Positions 39,581-51,258 of a DNA stretch of 64,000 bases are shown piece by piece. A model generated the notes under the pieces. That model made no database searches, was not told where the DNA came from, and was given only the letters and a program-made list of their open reading frames with translations. The stretch's first letter is position 1. Each line of letters begins with the position of its first letter. A program made the translations under genes and the position numbers. Origin of the DNA: Pocillopora damicornis (taxonomy: Eukaryota); contig NW_020844095.1 of the NCBI RefSeq assembly GCF_003704095.1, forward strand, positions 62,001 to 126,000, read 5' to 3'.

Positions 39581-41582
39581 CGCTATTTCCTGAGTGATTG
39601 TTTCGGAACACGTAGACTACGAAGTTAGAGGCTTTCCGAGTACACTTTGACCTGTGTGTTGCTCATAAAAAAAAAACGTCTATTTGTCATGTGATTACAC
39701 TAAGCTTTCAAACTCGCTGATTGGTGTGTTATGTGGCAATGTGCTGTGTCATTTGACGGTAATTGCAGCCTTAAGCCAGGAATCCAAACACTTCGACAAG
39801 TGCTGCATCAATAAAACACTTCGTATTTGAAAGATGTTCCGATAACCTCGGGCTAAAATTAGATTGTTAATTTAACTCGGCTGCTAACAATGCAAGGTCA
39901 AAGATTAACGAAGATCATCAAATATTCAGTCACACTCATAGATTTAGCCCTAAATAATTTTAGTCTGTGTGCTTCATCGACAGCCACATCCTTGTTTACA
40001 ACATGAAGGTATATAGATTTCCCACGGGTCCCATTAAAACCATTAAATGCCTGAGTGCAGGATCAAAGTACACGCTAAGCATTGAAGACGTTTCCATTGT
40101 TCAGTGGTCACACTCAACTTGGATCTAAAAATAACCCTGGTTTAGATAAATATATCTGAAGAGTGCTTTTGTACGTACATAGAAACAATAGACAGTTACT
40201 GCATAAACGTTTTGGAAAATTAGAGCTTTTGTGTGCATTGGATGAAAAAATTAGACCCGCCAGATAATGGCCAACAAAACAGATATTAGTACCTATGACG
40301 ACCACGAAAAGTTATTTTTGGCATGTTTCCGAAGGAATTGCGATCATTGGTTCGACTATAGGATTTTGATGGACAGCTGCTCAAACATTACAGTCAAGCT
40401 TGCGTTTGTGCCTCTATACGTGATCCTAAATTGTTTTTGCGATTTCCTCTGGACTCTTTTCTGGAGAGTTTTTGTACAATCGGTGATCAACATACAATCC
40501 TTAGTGAAAAAAGAGTTAGCTAAAATTTTCCTTACATGACTGACAAATAACAATTATGGTAACATGTGTCTATAGAAATAGAGGAGTGCCCCTGACCAAC
40601 GATTGAGTTTGATAAACAACAGCGGCTACAATAGCTATCCAAGCCCACTCCGGGGGCAAGGAGGGGGGGAGGAGGAGAGGGGAGCCGGGTTGAGAGGGGG
40701 GGTAGTCTTTCGCAAAAACCTGAACTTGGTAAGCTTTGGTAATACTTTTCTCCAGATATAGCCTTGAACAATATCTATCTACAAAATCTTGCCAGTAACG
40801 ACACACTTACTTGACTCTGTCCTCTGCATGTTTAGTTAGAGCATCATGAAAGACCGTCATAACGAATAAAAATGTATGTCAGATGATCACTTTTGAACCG
40901 GGTTCCAGGCCTATTCCCTCTTTCATTTCTGACCCAGCGATCTTAGCTCGTTTTTCCTCTTTCCTGCAGGAATGAGTCCGTCTAATGGTAGCCCTGAAAA
41001 TGCCATTCGGTTTTATTAGCGTTCAATAACTGTGCTGAAAAGATAATCTCTATGCGCAGTAATCAGCTATCTATTGAATTGAACTTTCTAACCTATGAAA
41101 AATATTCATGTATTTCACCTTAAAAGGGCTGATCATTTTAAGCCATCTATATATGGTAAGAATGCTACTACAATAGCCAAAATTATTTCCATCACATAGA
41201 ATGTTTTCGCACTCAATTAAGGTATATCAAATGCTTTTCAAATTCAAAATACCTGCCTTTAAAGAGAGAGAAACCCGGCAGTCTTGCCAAACATAGCTTA
41301 CCAAAATGGAAAGAATTGACCAAAAAGATACGAGAAAGCTTGAACACGGAGAAAAGCAGGTGGGATTGTAAACGAAAAGCCTATAAAAGCATGTGGTTGT
41401 TATTTTCACGAGTCACCAACGGCCGTGTAGCCTTTTTATACTGCCGCTGAGTCATGGCGTAAAATGGGTCAAATAAAACAGTTTGTCTTGATACTATCCA
41501 TCAGTTTGCTTGTATCAAAGTCGAATTGCAGGTTATGAAAATTATAGTCAGTGTAGAATACGAACGAAGACACAACCACCTA

Positions 41583-41763
41583 GCTCAATATTGTTGAATA
41601 ATAATATAAATAAATAATTATAAAATATAACAATTATAATTATTATTATTATAATAATTATAATATATATTATTATATTATAATTATTATAATTATTAAT
41701 TATAATAATATAATTGTAAAATTATTATAATTGTTATTAATTATATGCTCAATATTGTTGAAT
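41583..41763. repeat. AT-rich low-complexity tract flanked by a 17-bp direct repeat
   Basis: gctcaatattgttgaat at 41583-41599 and 41747-41763 brackets ~147 nt of almost pure A/T. Confidence 0.8.
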
Positions 41764-44700
41764 CAAATATCATTTGCACTGCATTCTGTCTCCAAGTTTA
41801 GGGTTATGTTCCGAGGATATCCTTTTTTCAAAAGCGACGCAGGAAGTTACTCAAAACATGGTAATTATGATAAAAATCCTTCAATCTAAGGCTTAGTCGT
41901 CATACATTAACAACAAAAGTGATTAAGGGAATAACTGATAAAAGTGTCGATGGATTCACAGACATGAGAGTTACTACAGAAATAAATTGACAACAAATTC
42001 TTAACTTTGGAAACAAAACATGAACTTGAGCTCAAATTTAAGAACAGATGAACCTGGTTAATATTCAATCATAACTGAATAATTACCACCTTAAAAAAAG
42101 GCGCTCATTGTTAAGTTGATCACTTCAAACTCAAATTAAGGTAATCGAATTGTTCATTACGTTGCTGTGGTGACTTGCTTTGTCGGCTGTGTTGTTTATT
42201 AAAGAATGCTCAAAAGCTGTGAAGGAGTCTGTTTCAGAATAATCGTTAACACGATCATCTAAGGATGAGTTGGTGGTACTCATGACGTCAAAGATTAATT
42301 CAAGGACGTAAAGACCTTCTCAAGTGTACGCACGCAATATAATGATATCAGATGATAAATATAATATGAAAAGACTTGATCAGAGCAAAACCAAAATACA
42401 AAAAGCTATGGTCGAAAAAGGGCCAGCCATTACTTTGAGTCATGCAATTCCCCTTAGTTCTGTTACAAACCACCACAAATCATTTACTGCCAAGATCCCA
42501 AAGATAAGACAAAACATTTCTTTGTAAGTTACACATGTGAGAGGTTGGTTTTATCTCCACACTCTATCAGTTTTTTTCAATCCGGTATCATGACCTGAGT
42601 GCTTTATTTCGTGTCAGAAGATGAATTTTAAAATTTATTGATCATTGATTGCAAAACAAATCCAGAGTGCAATAAGTCGTTTCAGAGCAACAAATCCAGT
42701 GCGCAGTGAGTCGTCGGCCCCTGAGCGAAAAAACAAACAAACAAACAAAAACAAAGGCACGCTTACTCTATGTAATTGCCGTGAAACTCTCGAGATCTGA
42801 TTCATAGTTCTTTTTAGCCAATCATTTCATTGTAAATAAGTAAAGAGGATTTGGCATCATCGAATATAACACCCACTGCCTCATACGTGTACCCGTTTTT
42901 ATTTATTTTTATATTTCACAGTTCTAACATATTAGAGCACCGGAACGCCAAAAAAATTCCACGGTATAGTACAAGGCAAAATAAAGACGGAAAGTAGAAA
43001 AAGATAATGGGCCCAGTGAAAGTTCCAAGCTTTGCTTATTTCCGGTGTATAAGCCTTTTCCTATTGAGCAAAGAACTTCTAAGTACGTCAGTTTTTTTTA
43101 AATTAGTTTAATAGTTTCGTTTGTGTTGTTTTTCCGCACTTTCGCCCACGCCTCAAGCGATCGATACAATGCTCGGATTAGTCCGTCGAAATTATAATTA
43201 TAAGCTAAAATACTAGAAAAGTGAATAACGGTGGAATAATAAATCACATATTCAATGGTTTGACGTATAATACGCGCGAAAATTTTGCTCACTGCTCGTA
43301 TTTTTTCTCGCCCATTAGTACGAACCTCGTGAAAAAACAACGCAACTCGCAGAAGATCCGGCCGTTTAAAATGTTTCACAATCGAATAAGCCGTTTTCAT
43401 TACATGGTTGCTAGATAATGAATCATTGGCCTTATAGGGAGAAGTTATATGTTGAATTGCTATAATAATATTTATATTGGCAATCTTCTACTTAAGGCTT
43501 AAGGTAAACTTGCCTAATCCGTGACTATGGTGTTTTTCCGAAGTTTCCATCGGAAGCTTAAAAGTGATTTTCTATGACGTTAAACATTCGAAAAATCGTA
43601 GGCGGACCATGAAAGTCGTGACGACTTTTTTTTTTAATATATATATATCTTTCAGAAAGATGCTCTGAGCGCGGCTTAAGATGACACCAAATACGTCATA
43701 AGGAGTCAAAGTTAGTCTAAATTAACTAAGCTTGCTCAAAGCGAATTTTGAAACAATAACTTAAACATGTTGGCAGCTCATATTGTTGACAGGACGGATG
43801 GGTTGTACTTGAACTTCCTGCGTCAACCAGGGTATCCACCTAGATAGTTTGCTTAAATCGATTGTGTTGATAATTTGAATTGGCCATCGTCTGAGCTCTG
43901 ACGGAGGGCTAACGCTCGTAACGTCAGCTTAAAAATCCTTTTAATAAGATGGCCACTTCAAAGTACTAATTCAAACAAATTATCTTGTGATACCTCCGCC
44001 AAAGCAAGCATCACAGTTTCTTCAGAAACTTATTCTAAGATATCCGTCTGCTCCAAAAAGTGACTGAAGCTTGAATCGCATTAGGAACTATAGACACAAA
44101 ATGGCATGAGGTGTAATCCAGAGGTGCTCAATTCATCCGCAAAACGTTATTCTCAAACAACTTAATGCAACCATTACCTCTCAATTACAGCTAACTACAC
44201 CTATATTAGCACGATGGTTATTGATATATTATATTACCTCATGTTTTATCAATTATAGGAAGTTATGAACGTTGATGAAGAGTCTGACAGTATTTTGTTT
44301 TTCTCCTTAACATTTACTTTCGTTTATACTCAGCTGCTGCCGATGAAATCGTAGTCATAGTGGCCACTGGTTGCAATTTAAGTCCTCTACTCAGAAAACC
44401 AAGATTTTTCTTTCCCTCTCGATTTTTAAAAACAACATTAGACTGCATTTGCTGTTGTTGACCTTAAAGTTCCTGACAAGGTGTTAACAGTGCAATCCTC
44501 TTTAACTTAATTCAAAAACAGAAAGATGGCTGGTTTCGCCATGCCACTTCGTGGTGTAACAGAAAATCAATCTGTACGCTTGACCACATAACAGCATCAA
44601 AAGAGCGCGGATCGTTTGAGCACAGGAAACCAGGCGTTGTTCGTTAATCGAAAGGAAATTTGGGTTATCTATCACACGCGTAGATCTTTGCGTGACTTTT

Positions 44701-44825
44701 AGCATGTGACTTGAATGTCATTTTCTTTAAATAACTGAAGTCAAAGGTATACTAGCAACATCTATCGTTGAGTCCATCAGAGAGTACTTTTCTACGAGTA
44801 ATTCCGTCGTATTACCACTTCAAAA

Positions 44826-45578
44826 ATGGCCACAGTGAGACAAAAAATGCGTAAGAGAAAAGATGGTCATATTTGTTTGAAAAATATTTCTATGCAACAG
44901 GAGATTGGAGGGTCAGCTGAAAGCATTCCTTGCGCTAACTTCGAGAACCGTCCTTCTGTTGGTCAAAGTGGGGAAGAGCTTCGAAGAACCAGATCGTTCT
45001 CCCTGCCAAGAGTGTTAAAGAAAGAAAACGACACGCAAACCTTACTTCAGATCCTGTTTAGAACAAAAAACCGGCTTAAAAAAAGTAACTCAAATTGCGG
45101 CACTTTGTTTACAAGTAACGAGAACGACAAAATATTTAACCAGGACGACAATTGCACTAAGGTTAGTCAGCCGCCTTCCCAGATTGAAGGCTTAAAATTA
45201 GAGCAAAATAACTTTGTGATTCCTACAATTTGCATTCAACCACCCGAAGAAGTGGACAGAACCTCTCACTTAACGCATCCAATCACAACAGTCGAGCAGG
45301 CGAACACAGCACAACAGCTGGCAAACGATCCAACAAAGGGTTTAATGGAGGATCCTAAACAGGCTTCAGCTATAAGCCGCTCTGAAACAACCACTACAAC
45401 TACAAAGAGAGGAAACAAAACGCCACCGCGAAGGAAAAGAAGCTTCTCGTGGAGCGATATTTATACCATTGGGAATTTGAGAATTAGCCCTACGGAGGTA
45501 TTGAAAGGGAGCAGTTCGTGGAGTGAGCTCCTCAACTCGGCTGCGAGAGAAACCGACCTGTGCTCAACTGATCTGTAG
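44826..45578 (+). CDS. CSTEL-family gene 4, single coding exon, 250 aa, ending RETDLCSTDL
   Basis: Good Kozak context (aaaATGg); long hydrophilic ORF with RTRSFSLP, RKRSFSW and PTICIQPP motifs; shared C-terminus. Confidence 0.88.
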   Translation: MATVRQKMRKRKDGHICLKNISMQQEIGGSAESIPCANFENRPSVGQSGEELRRTRSFSLPRVLKKENDTQTLLQILFRTKNRLKKSNSNCGTLFTSNENDKIFNQDDNCTKVSQPPSQIEGLKLEQNNFVIPTICIQPPEEVDRTSHLTHPITTVEQANTAQQLANDPTKGLMEDPKQASAISRSETTTTTTKRGNKTPPRRKRSFSWSDIYTIGNLRISPTEVLKGSSSWSELLNSAARETDLCSTDL

Positions 45579-46834
45579 GAGGACAATGAGGTCAGTGGAA
45601 ACTTTAATAGTACTCGACAGCTTTAAATTAATATAAAAAGGGATGAATAACAAATAGTTTATATAAATTGTTGTTTGTTAAAACTTTACCATTCGCTAAT
45701 TAGTATCGCTATCAAAATTTGTCAATCACCGTTTCCTGTAAGTTATACACAAGTCATAAATGTCCAATTTACGACTGCTATAATCCTACAGACAAACAAA
45801 ACCTGATAGTATTCGAAACTGATCTTATTTTTCAATTTCATCAATTGACTAGCTTCTATTCATATGATACTGATACGTACTTCTCGCATGAGGAGTTTAC
45901 TTCAGACTTAATTAAAAATATAACTCTGCTGAAAGAAATAGGAATTACTTTGCGGTTATAAATGCTTTTTTTACGTCTGTGTGGGCGAAAGCGAAAATCA
46001 CGGAAGGAGAGCATTTTTCATTCAGGCTGCTGTATCACCTCCATGCGTTTTATTCGGTTGCGATGATTCGATCAAAGCCGGAGTTAAATATTTGGATGGA
46101 GAATTTGATCTGACAGAATTTCATATGAAACACAGACTGGTAAATTTAAAAGATCCCTCTCAGACGCCGCTTTCTGCCAAGTCATATCAAATATGTAAGT
46201 CCCCCACGATTGACCTTTCCCGTACGTTTCAGAGCAGTCCCAAACAAAAGTTAAATTCTTCGTAAAGATTAACTCAACATCCAATTACACTTTGCAAGAA
46301 TAGCCATCATCAACATAAATAAAATTGTCAGACATAAACACATTGAAAAACAAAGTTTCGAGGTGAGAGCGTCTACGCCAAATTTAAGTCTTCCAGTGGG
46401 GGATCAAACGAGGTGTCCGCTAGGTGTTTTCTACATTTGGATACCATAATCTATTAACCTCTCTTTCTCTCATATCCCATCTCTCTGATATTGCATTCCT
46501 AGCAGCCATTTCCTCCTAGATCCCTCTTTCCTTATTTAATACTCTATGTTCGATGGACCCTCTATCTAGTGCCGCTCTCTCTTTTACCTCCTCTCTCCAG
46601 TAACCGCGTTTCTTCTGGCCTTTTTTTCCCCCTCTTTTTACCTAAAAATTCCTCCACTCCGCCTGTGGTAGCCACAATCAGATCTCTTCCTTTATTTGAA
46701 GGCAATAGGTAATTGCATGACCTTGAGCGAACTATTTTGTGACGAATATACAGATCTTGCAACTGAAAATGTCGACTTTTTGGGTGATTGGTAAATTACG
46801 AAATCGATTTTCAAGTCAAAAGGGTGTTTTGCCT

Positions 46835-47042
46835 TTACCCTTTAACTCCCAAGATCTGATTGTTAGTTCTCCCCTATAACTGCCACACTTTTCCTTTAGA
46901 TAAGTAAAGAGAATTTGGTTTGAGATCAAGATAACAACCCCAACCTGATAAGTTTGAATATTCTTATAACCTGTTTGCTGGATAATGTTTAGATATTATA
47001 GGGAGAGGTTACTTGTTGATCAATTCTGGGAGTTCAGGGTTA
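46835..47042. mobile_element. MITE with terminal inverted repeats
   Basis: Left end taccctttaactcccaagat and right end attctgggagttcagggtta are imperfect inverted repeats; related ends near 26168. Confidence 0.6.
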
Positions 47043-50000
47043 CTACTCGTATTTGAGATGGTAATTTTAACAATATGATATGGACGAAAACGATCATTAA
47101 ATCGATGTAAATTTTTTATGCTTTAAGTGAAGTGGTGATTATTGAGCATCAAGAATAAAGTATCACATGGATCCTATTCAAGAGAGTCCCGCCCCCTTTC
47201 TAGGAGGCCATCCGACTGTAATTATATTGGGAGTGATCCCTCCTCGCAAATGAAAAACGTGTTTTCTCGAGTTAATTAGATCGGTATGTTTTGAGGAAAA
47301 TACTTACAATCGGTGTTACCCTTGTAAATGGTTTAAACACGGGAATTATTGTGATTTTGATGAGCACTCATTCCTCGAAAGTGCCCGCATCTTAAACAGC
47401 CTCATTGGAGTATCTAAATCTTCAGCATTGTAATGAATATTCTCACTCAAAAACCAGTCTGCAACGTTTTGATTCCTATTTTTGGTGCTTGAATTGCAAG
47501 ACTATTCAAAGAAAAGACACAGACCACATTAAAAAAGGAAAACCACTGAACAAACAAAACAAAAACAAGGTCGATAGGCCAAATCCCAGGATACTATCCA
47601 ACGTACAGGTTTTTCATGTAGGCTACACGAAAAACCTATACGTTGTCATGGTAATTGCAAAGCGTGCTTCGGCCCTGGGTATACATAAAAGGAAATATGT
47701 ACGGTAACAGGTCCTAACTTTTTGATGAGCTGAACACAACTTTCTGAAAAAAGCATTTTTATGATGATTTTCACTCGGAATGTCCAAAATCAGTCTCTGT
47801 TTTCGACGACACCATTTCGCCCTCAGTCGTATGAACATCTCAGAAGAGATCGAGGAGTCTCTGATGAAAAAGCAACTTCTCAAGTAAATCCTTTCTCGCT
47901 CAAAAGTACCTTTGAGGTTTATTAAGTTTCAAAGATTCTATTGGTGATCATAGATCGACTCTGTTATGAGTAATTTTGAATCTACAGATTTAGTCTCCTA
48001 TAAATCAAAATCTGTAGGAACAAGAATCATCGCCGGCGCTTATCACCACTCCGACGATTCATTTACAAAATGCCAGAAATAGCCCATGTCATGATCGAAT
48101 TATCACTTTTCTTATCGTTACGTGCACCTCTTCAGAGAGAGCGACTAAGGAGACTTTCTCCTTTTAATGATGGCATTAAGTTAACGTTGACCAAAAGTGT
48201 ACCTGTCCCTCATAAAATTCACACCAAAGTTATTGCTTGTCACATTGGTTAATTTGATGGGTTTTCTTCTTCTTAAATCCTAATCCTTCTCACGGAGAGT
48301 GTTCTTATATTTTCTATTGAGTTTATGAAACGACAAAGGCGCACGGAGTCGAAAACGTGCCATCAAAATTATGATTGAAGAGTGAAAGTCGTAATATTAT
48401 GTTTCTTGATCTTTCTTCCATTTTGTTGCGTTCTTTTGATGACATATGACTTAAGTTACGATTGTGTTGTTGACATACACAAGCTGTTTACTGCATGCCT
48501 AAACGTAAGGCGTAGTGCAATACTGGAACATGTTTCTGAACTGTAACGATCAGGATTGAACGATGATTGAAAATTTCACCAAAGTCAAACTTGACTAGAA
48601 CAAACGTGAAAGCATGCCAACCCTTGAGTAAATAAAGGATGTTGATCTCAAGCAATTTTTTTTTTTTTTTTACTGACGTAGTGATCAAAAACATCGTGCG
48701 AAGGGATTTCAATGTCTGACAATGCAGACATCTACGGGAGGAGCTTTCAAAAGACAACTCCTTCACTGCTTCGGCATTTTGTAATCCTGGCCAATTTTCT
48801 CCATTCGTACTTCTCTTCCACCAACTCTTTCCCCTTTGGGATTTTTTTCTGCCCGAGTAAACTTTTATCTAAACGTCCTCATCCAATTAAAGTTATAATG
48901 ATGTAGCTCCGTGAAGTAATTGAATGATTTAGTGGAGGAAATGCCATTTTCTACACTTCTACTGATTCTTAAACGGATAAAAATCGTAGCTGCCAGGCGT
49001 TCAATCAAAGTGTAATTATTTCCAGGAGTCTCCCAATCATTCTTGACACTTTTCTGTCTAGAGTGATTTATTGAATTTGACCAGGGATGTAAGCAGAACC
49101 TCTATGTTTATCAGTTTTATACTTACGTTATGCTCTGAAGAGCTATTCACATTAAATTTCTCTAAACACTATCTGTACAACTAACTCAAAGAATTTTATG
49201 AAAATGTAACGAAGTCCTCGTTACTTCAGTCAAAGGATTCCTGAGGAGAATTTCTACTTTGAGCATTCTGTGACAAGGCCGAGTGTTAATGGAGTTTCAA
49301 GTTTATTATTAGGAATCGAAAACCGTGGAGAGCGTCACGACACTTGTAAAAAGTCAATCCCGGTATGTTTTCTCTTCACTTTATTTCGTACAAAGCAGCA
49401 ATTCTTCAATAGATGTTTCAAAAGATCAGTTGTAACAGCTTGAGACAGTTTTATAAAACCACGCTCGATTCTTTTGGCATGAAGCGTTTCCGCTTCTCTG
49501 AAAATGTGAATGTTACAAATTTAGATCTTACAGTTGACTGATTTCGCTCAGGAAACCAGGGGTTGTTAATTGATTATTGGCCTCAAACCGCTTTCTAAGT
49601 AACATAACAAATGTTTTATTTGTGTACAAGTTAGATCTTCCTTTTAGATGTGTACAAAAGTAAAGGATAAGTTATTTATGATAGGATAACACTAGTCGGC
49701 ATAGATAAGCTTAAGATCATGTGATAAGACATGATCCATCATTCTGAGTAAAACTATTATACAATTTGACTGCTCGAATTTGGGTCAACATTTCGACTGA
49801 CCTGCTTAGAAATGCATTACACGATTAGGCAATAAAAAAACCTCGCATAGTCGAAGTGGTTGTAACTTCTTCAAAGAAACAAACAGTTCCAGTTGACTGC
49901 TGAGGCATCATTTACATTCAGAACGGATTACAACTCCTTGACCCTTTTATTGTCAATAAATTCGGCTCTTTTAGAGCTTTTGCTAATCAAGGATTTTGCC

Positions 50001-50262
50001 ATGCAAACATCCGGATCTAAACATTAATAAATCGCATAAGATTTAATCAAGTTTCTGCTGTAATTCCAGATAGACCGTCCGTATTCCACCAGAAACTACA
50101 TTTCAGCTCGCCACAACGTAGACAACAGACAATTTATTTATCAATTTCAAGTCGCACGGGTCAAGTACTAAGGCAACTCAGTCTATGGCAGCCTTACATC
50201 AACTTATCAAAGTAACATCACATATTCTTGTTCTCGATTTCAAGTATTGAATGGCAAACCTT

Positions 50263-51258
50263 TCAAAGCTCAGTTGAACACAGATCTGTCTCAATCATAC
50301 CCTGTTCAAATCTAAATCCTTTTAAGGCCATATAGCTTAAGCGTTTTCCATTTGCGCACTCTTCGCCGTTCGAGGAAGAAGTAACATAAATTTGGGGGCA
50401 TAGTTTGGCCGTGTTATTTCCGTTTGTTTCGTTTACATCTTCTGCCATGTAATTATGATTTGGTAACGTTCTAGAAATTGCGTTCTTAGTGCTGCGAATG
50501 CTGTCCACGTTGCCACTAAACGAATTGCTTCTAGTTCGTACCAGTTTTCGTGCACCTGGTTTGCCGCTGTCGTTCCCATTCGCTTGTTTATTAGGTTGCT
50601 TAGCTCCGTGTCTCCAGTTCAACAAACCAGTGAAAGACTTACTTCGTTTGGGACGCCTCGGTCGTTTCGCTTTTATCTTTTTGTCGTCGTGTTCCTCGGT
50701 CTGACTCTCTCCAACTGCAACACGATATGTCGCGGAAGACATTTCACAAGATCTTTCCTCACCCTTTCCGTTCTTGTCGGTTCCAAGGCCATCGACATTA
50801 TTTTCTTTGAGACTTTCCTCACTAAAACCATTTGCGGAGCTTCCTTTCCGCTCGTCAAATTGCTTAAGATTAAGGTCTTGGTTTGGACGTGTGTATTTTG
50901 CTAAATCAGAGCGAGCCTTCCGAGAAAGAACTGGCCGTAGCGCAGCTTTGATAGAGCTTCGGCGCTCTTTACATTCCACGTCTTCGTCCAGATCATTCCT
51001 CGAATGCCGTCTTTGTGTAATTAGTTGCTCAACACTGTTCGATCCTGAGGCTCCATCGTTTTCCAAATTATCCTCGGACAAAGTGTTCTCCGACTGAACG
51101 TCCAAGCTGCTCTTACCTGCTAATTCATCCGTGGAAGAGAACACATCACTATCACTGCCAGATGGAGATCGATTACGCATCCGGAGCCCAAGTTTAGAAA
51201 TCTCTTGGCCGAGTCGACGAACTGCGGATGTCATAACTGTACGGTTGTCTTGTTTCAT
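50263..51258 (-). CDS. CSTEL-family gene 5, ~331 aa from the first ATG, ending GMIETDLCSTEL
   Basis: Open frame of about 1 kb; first in-frame ATG (MKQDN) at 51258 whereas the track uses TTG at 51333; possible upstream acceptor (acttAG, minus strand) near 51335; RNRSPS, KRSKSF, RTRSNSF and PQIYVT motifs. Confidence 0.88.
   Translation of the reverse strand: MKQDNRTVMTSAVRRLGQEISKLGLRMRNRSPSGSDSDVFSSTDELAGKSSLDVQSENTLSEDNLENDGASGSNSVEQLITQRRHSRNDLDEDVECKERRSSIKAALRPVLSRKARSDLAKYTRPNQDLNLKQFDERKGSSANGFSEESLKENNVDGLGTDKNGKGEERSCEMSSATYRVAVGESQTEEHDDKKIKAKRPRRPKRSKSFTGLLNWRHGAKQPNKQANGNDSGKPGARKLVRTRSNSFSGNVDSIRSTKNAISRTLPNHNYMAEDVNETNGNNTAKLCPQIYVTSSSNGEECANGKRLSYMALKGFRFEQGMIETDLCSTEL

Noticed and set aside
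47623-47883. ORF containing LCSA
   Set aside because: The motif is internal and not followed by T-E-L-stop.
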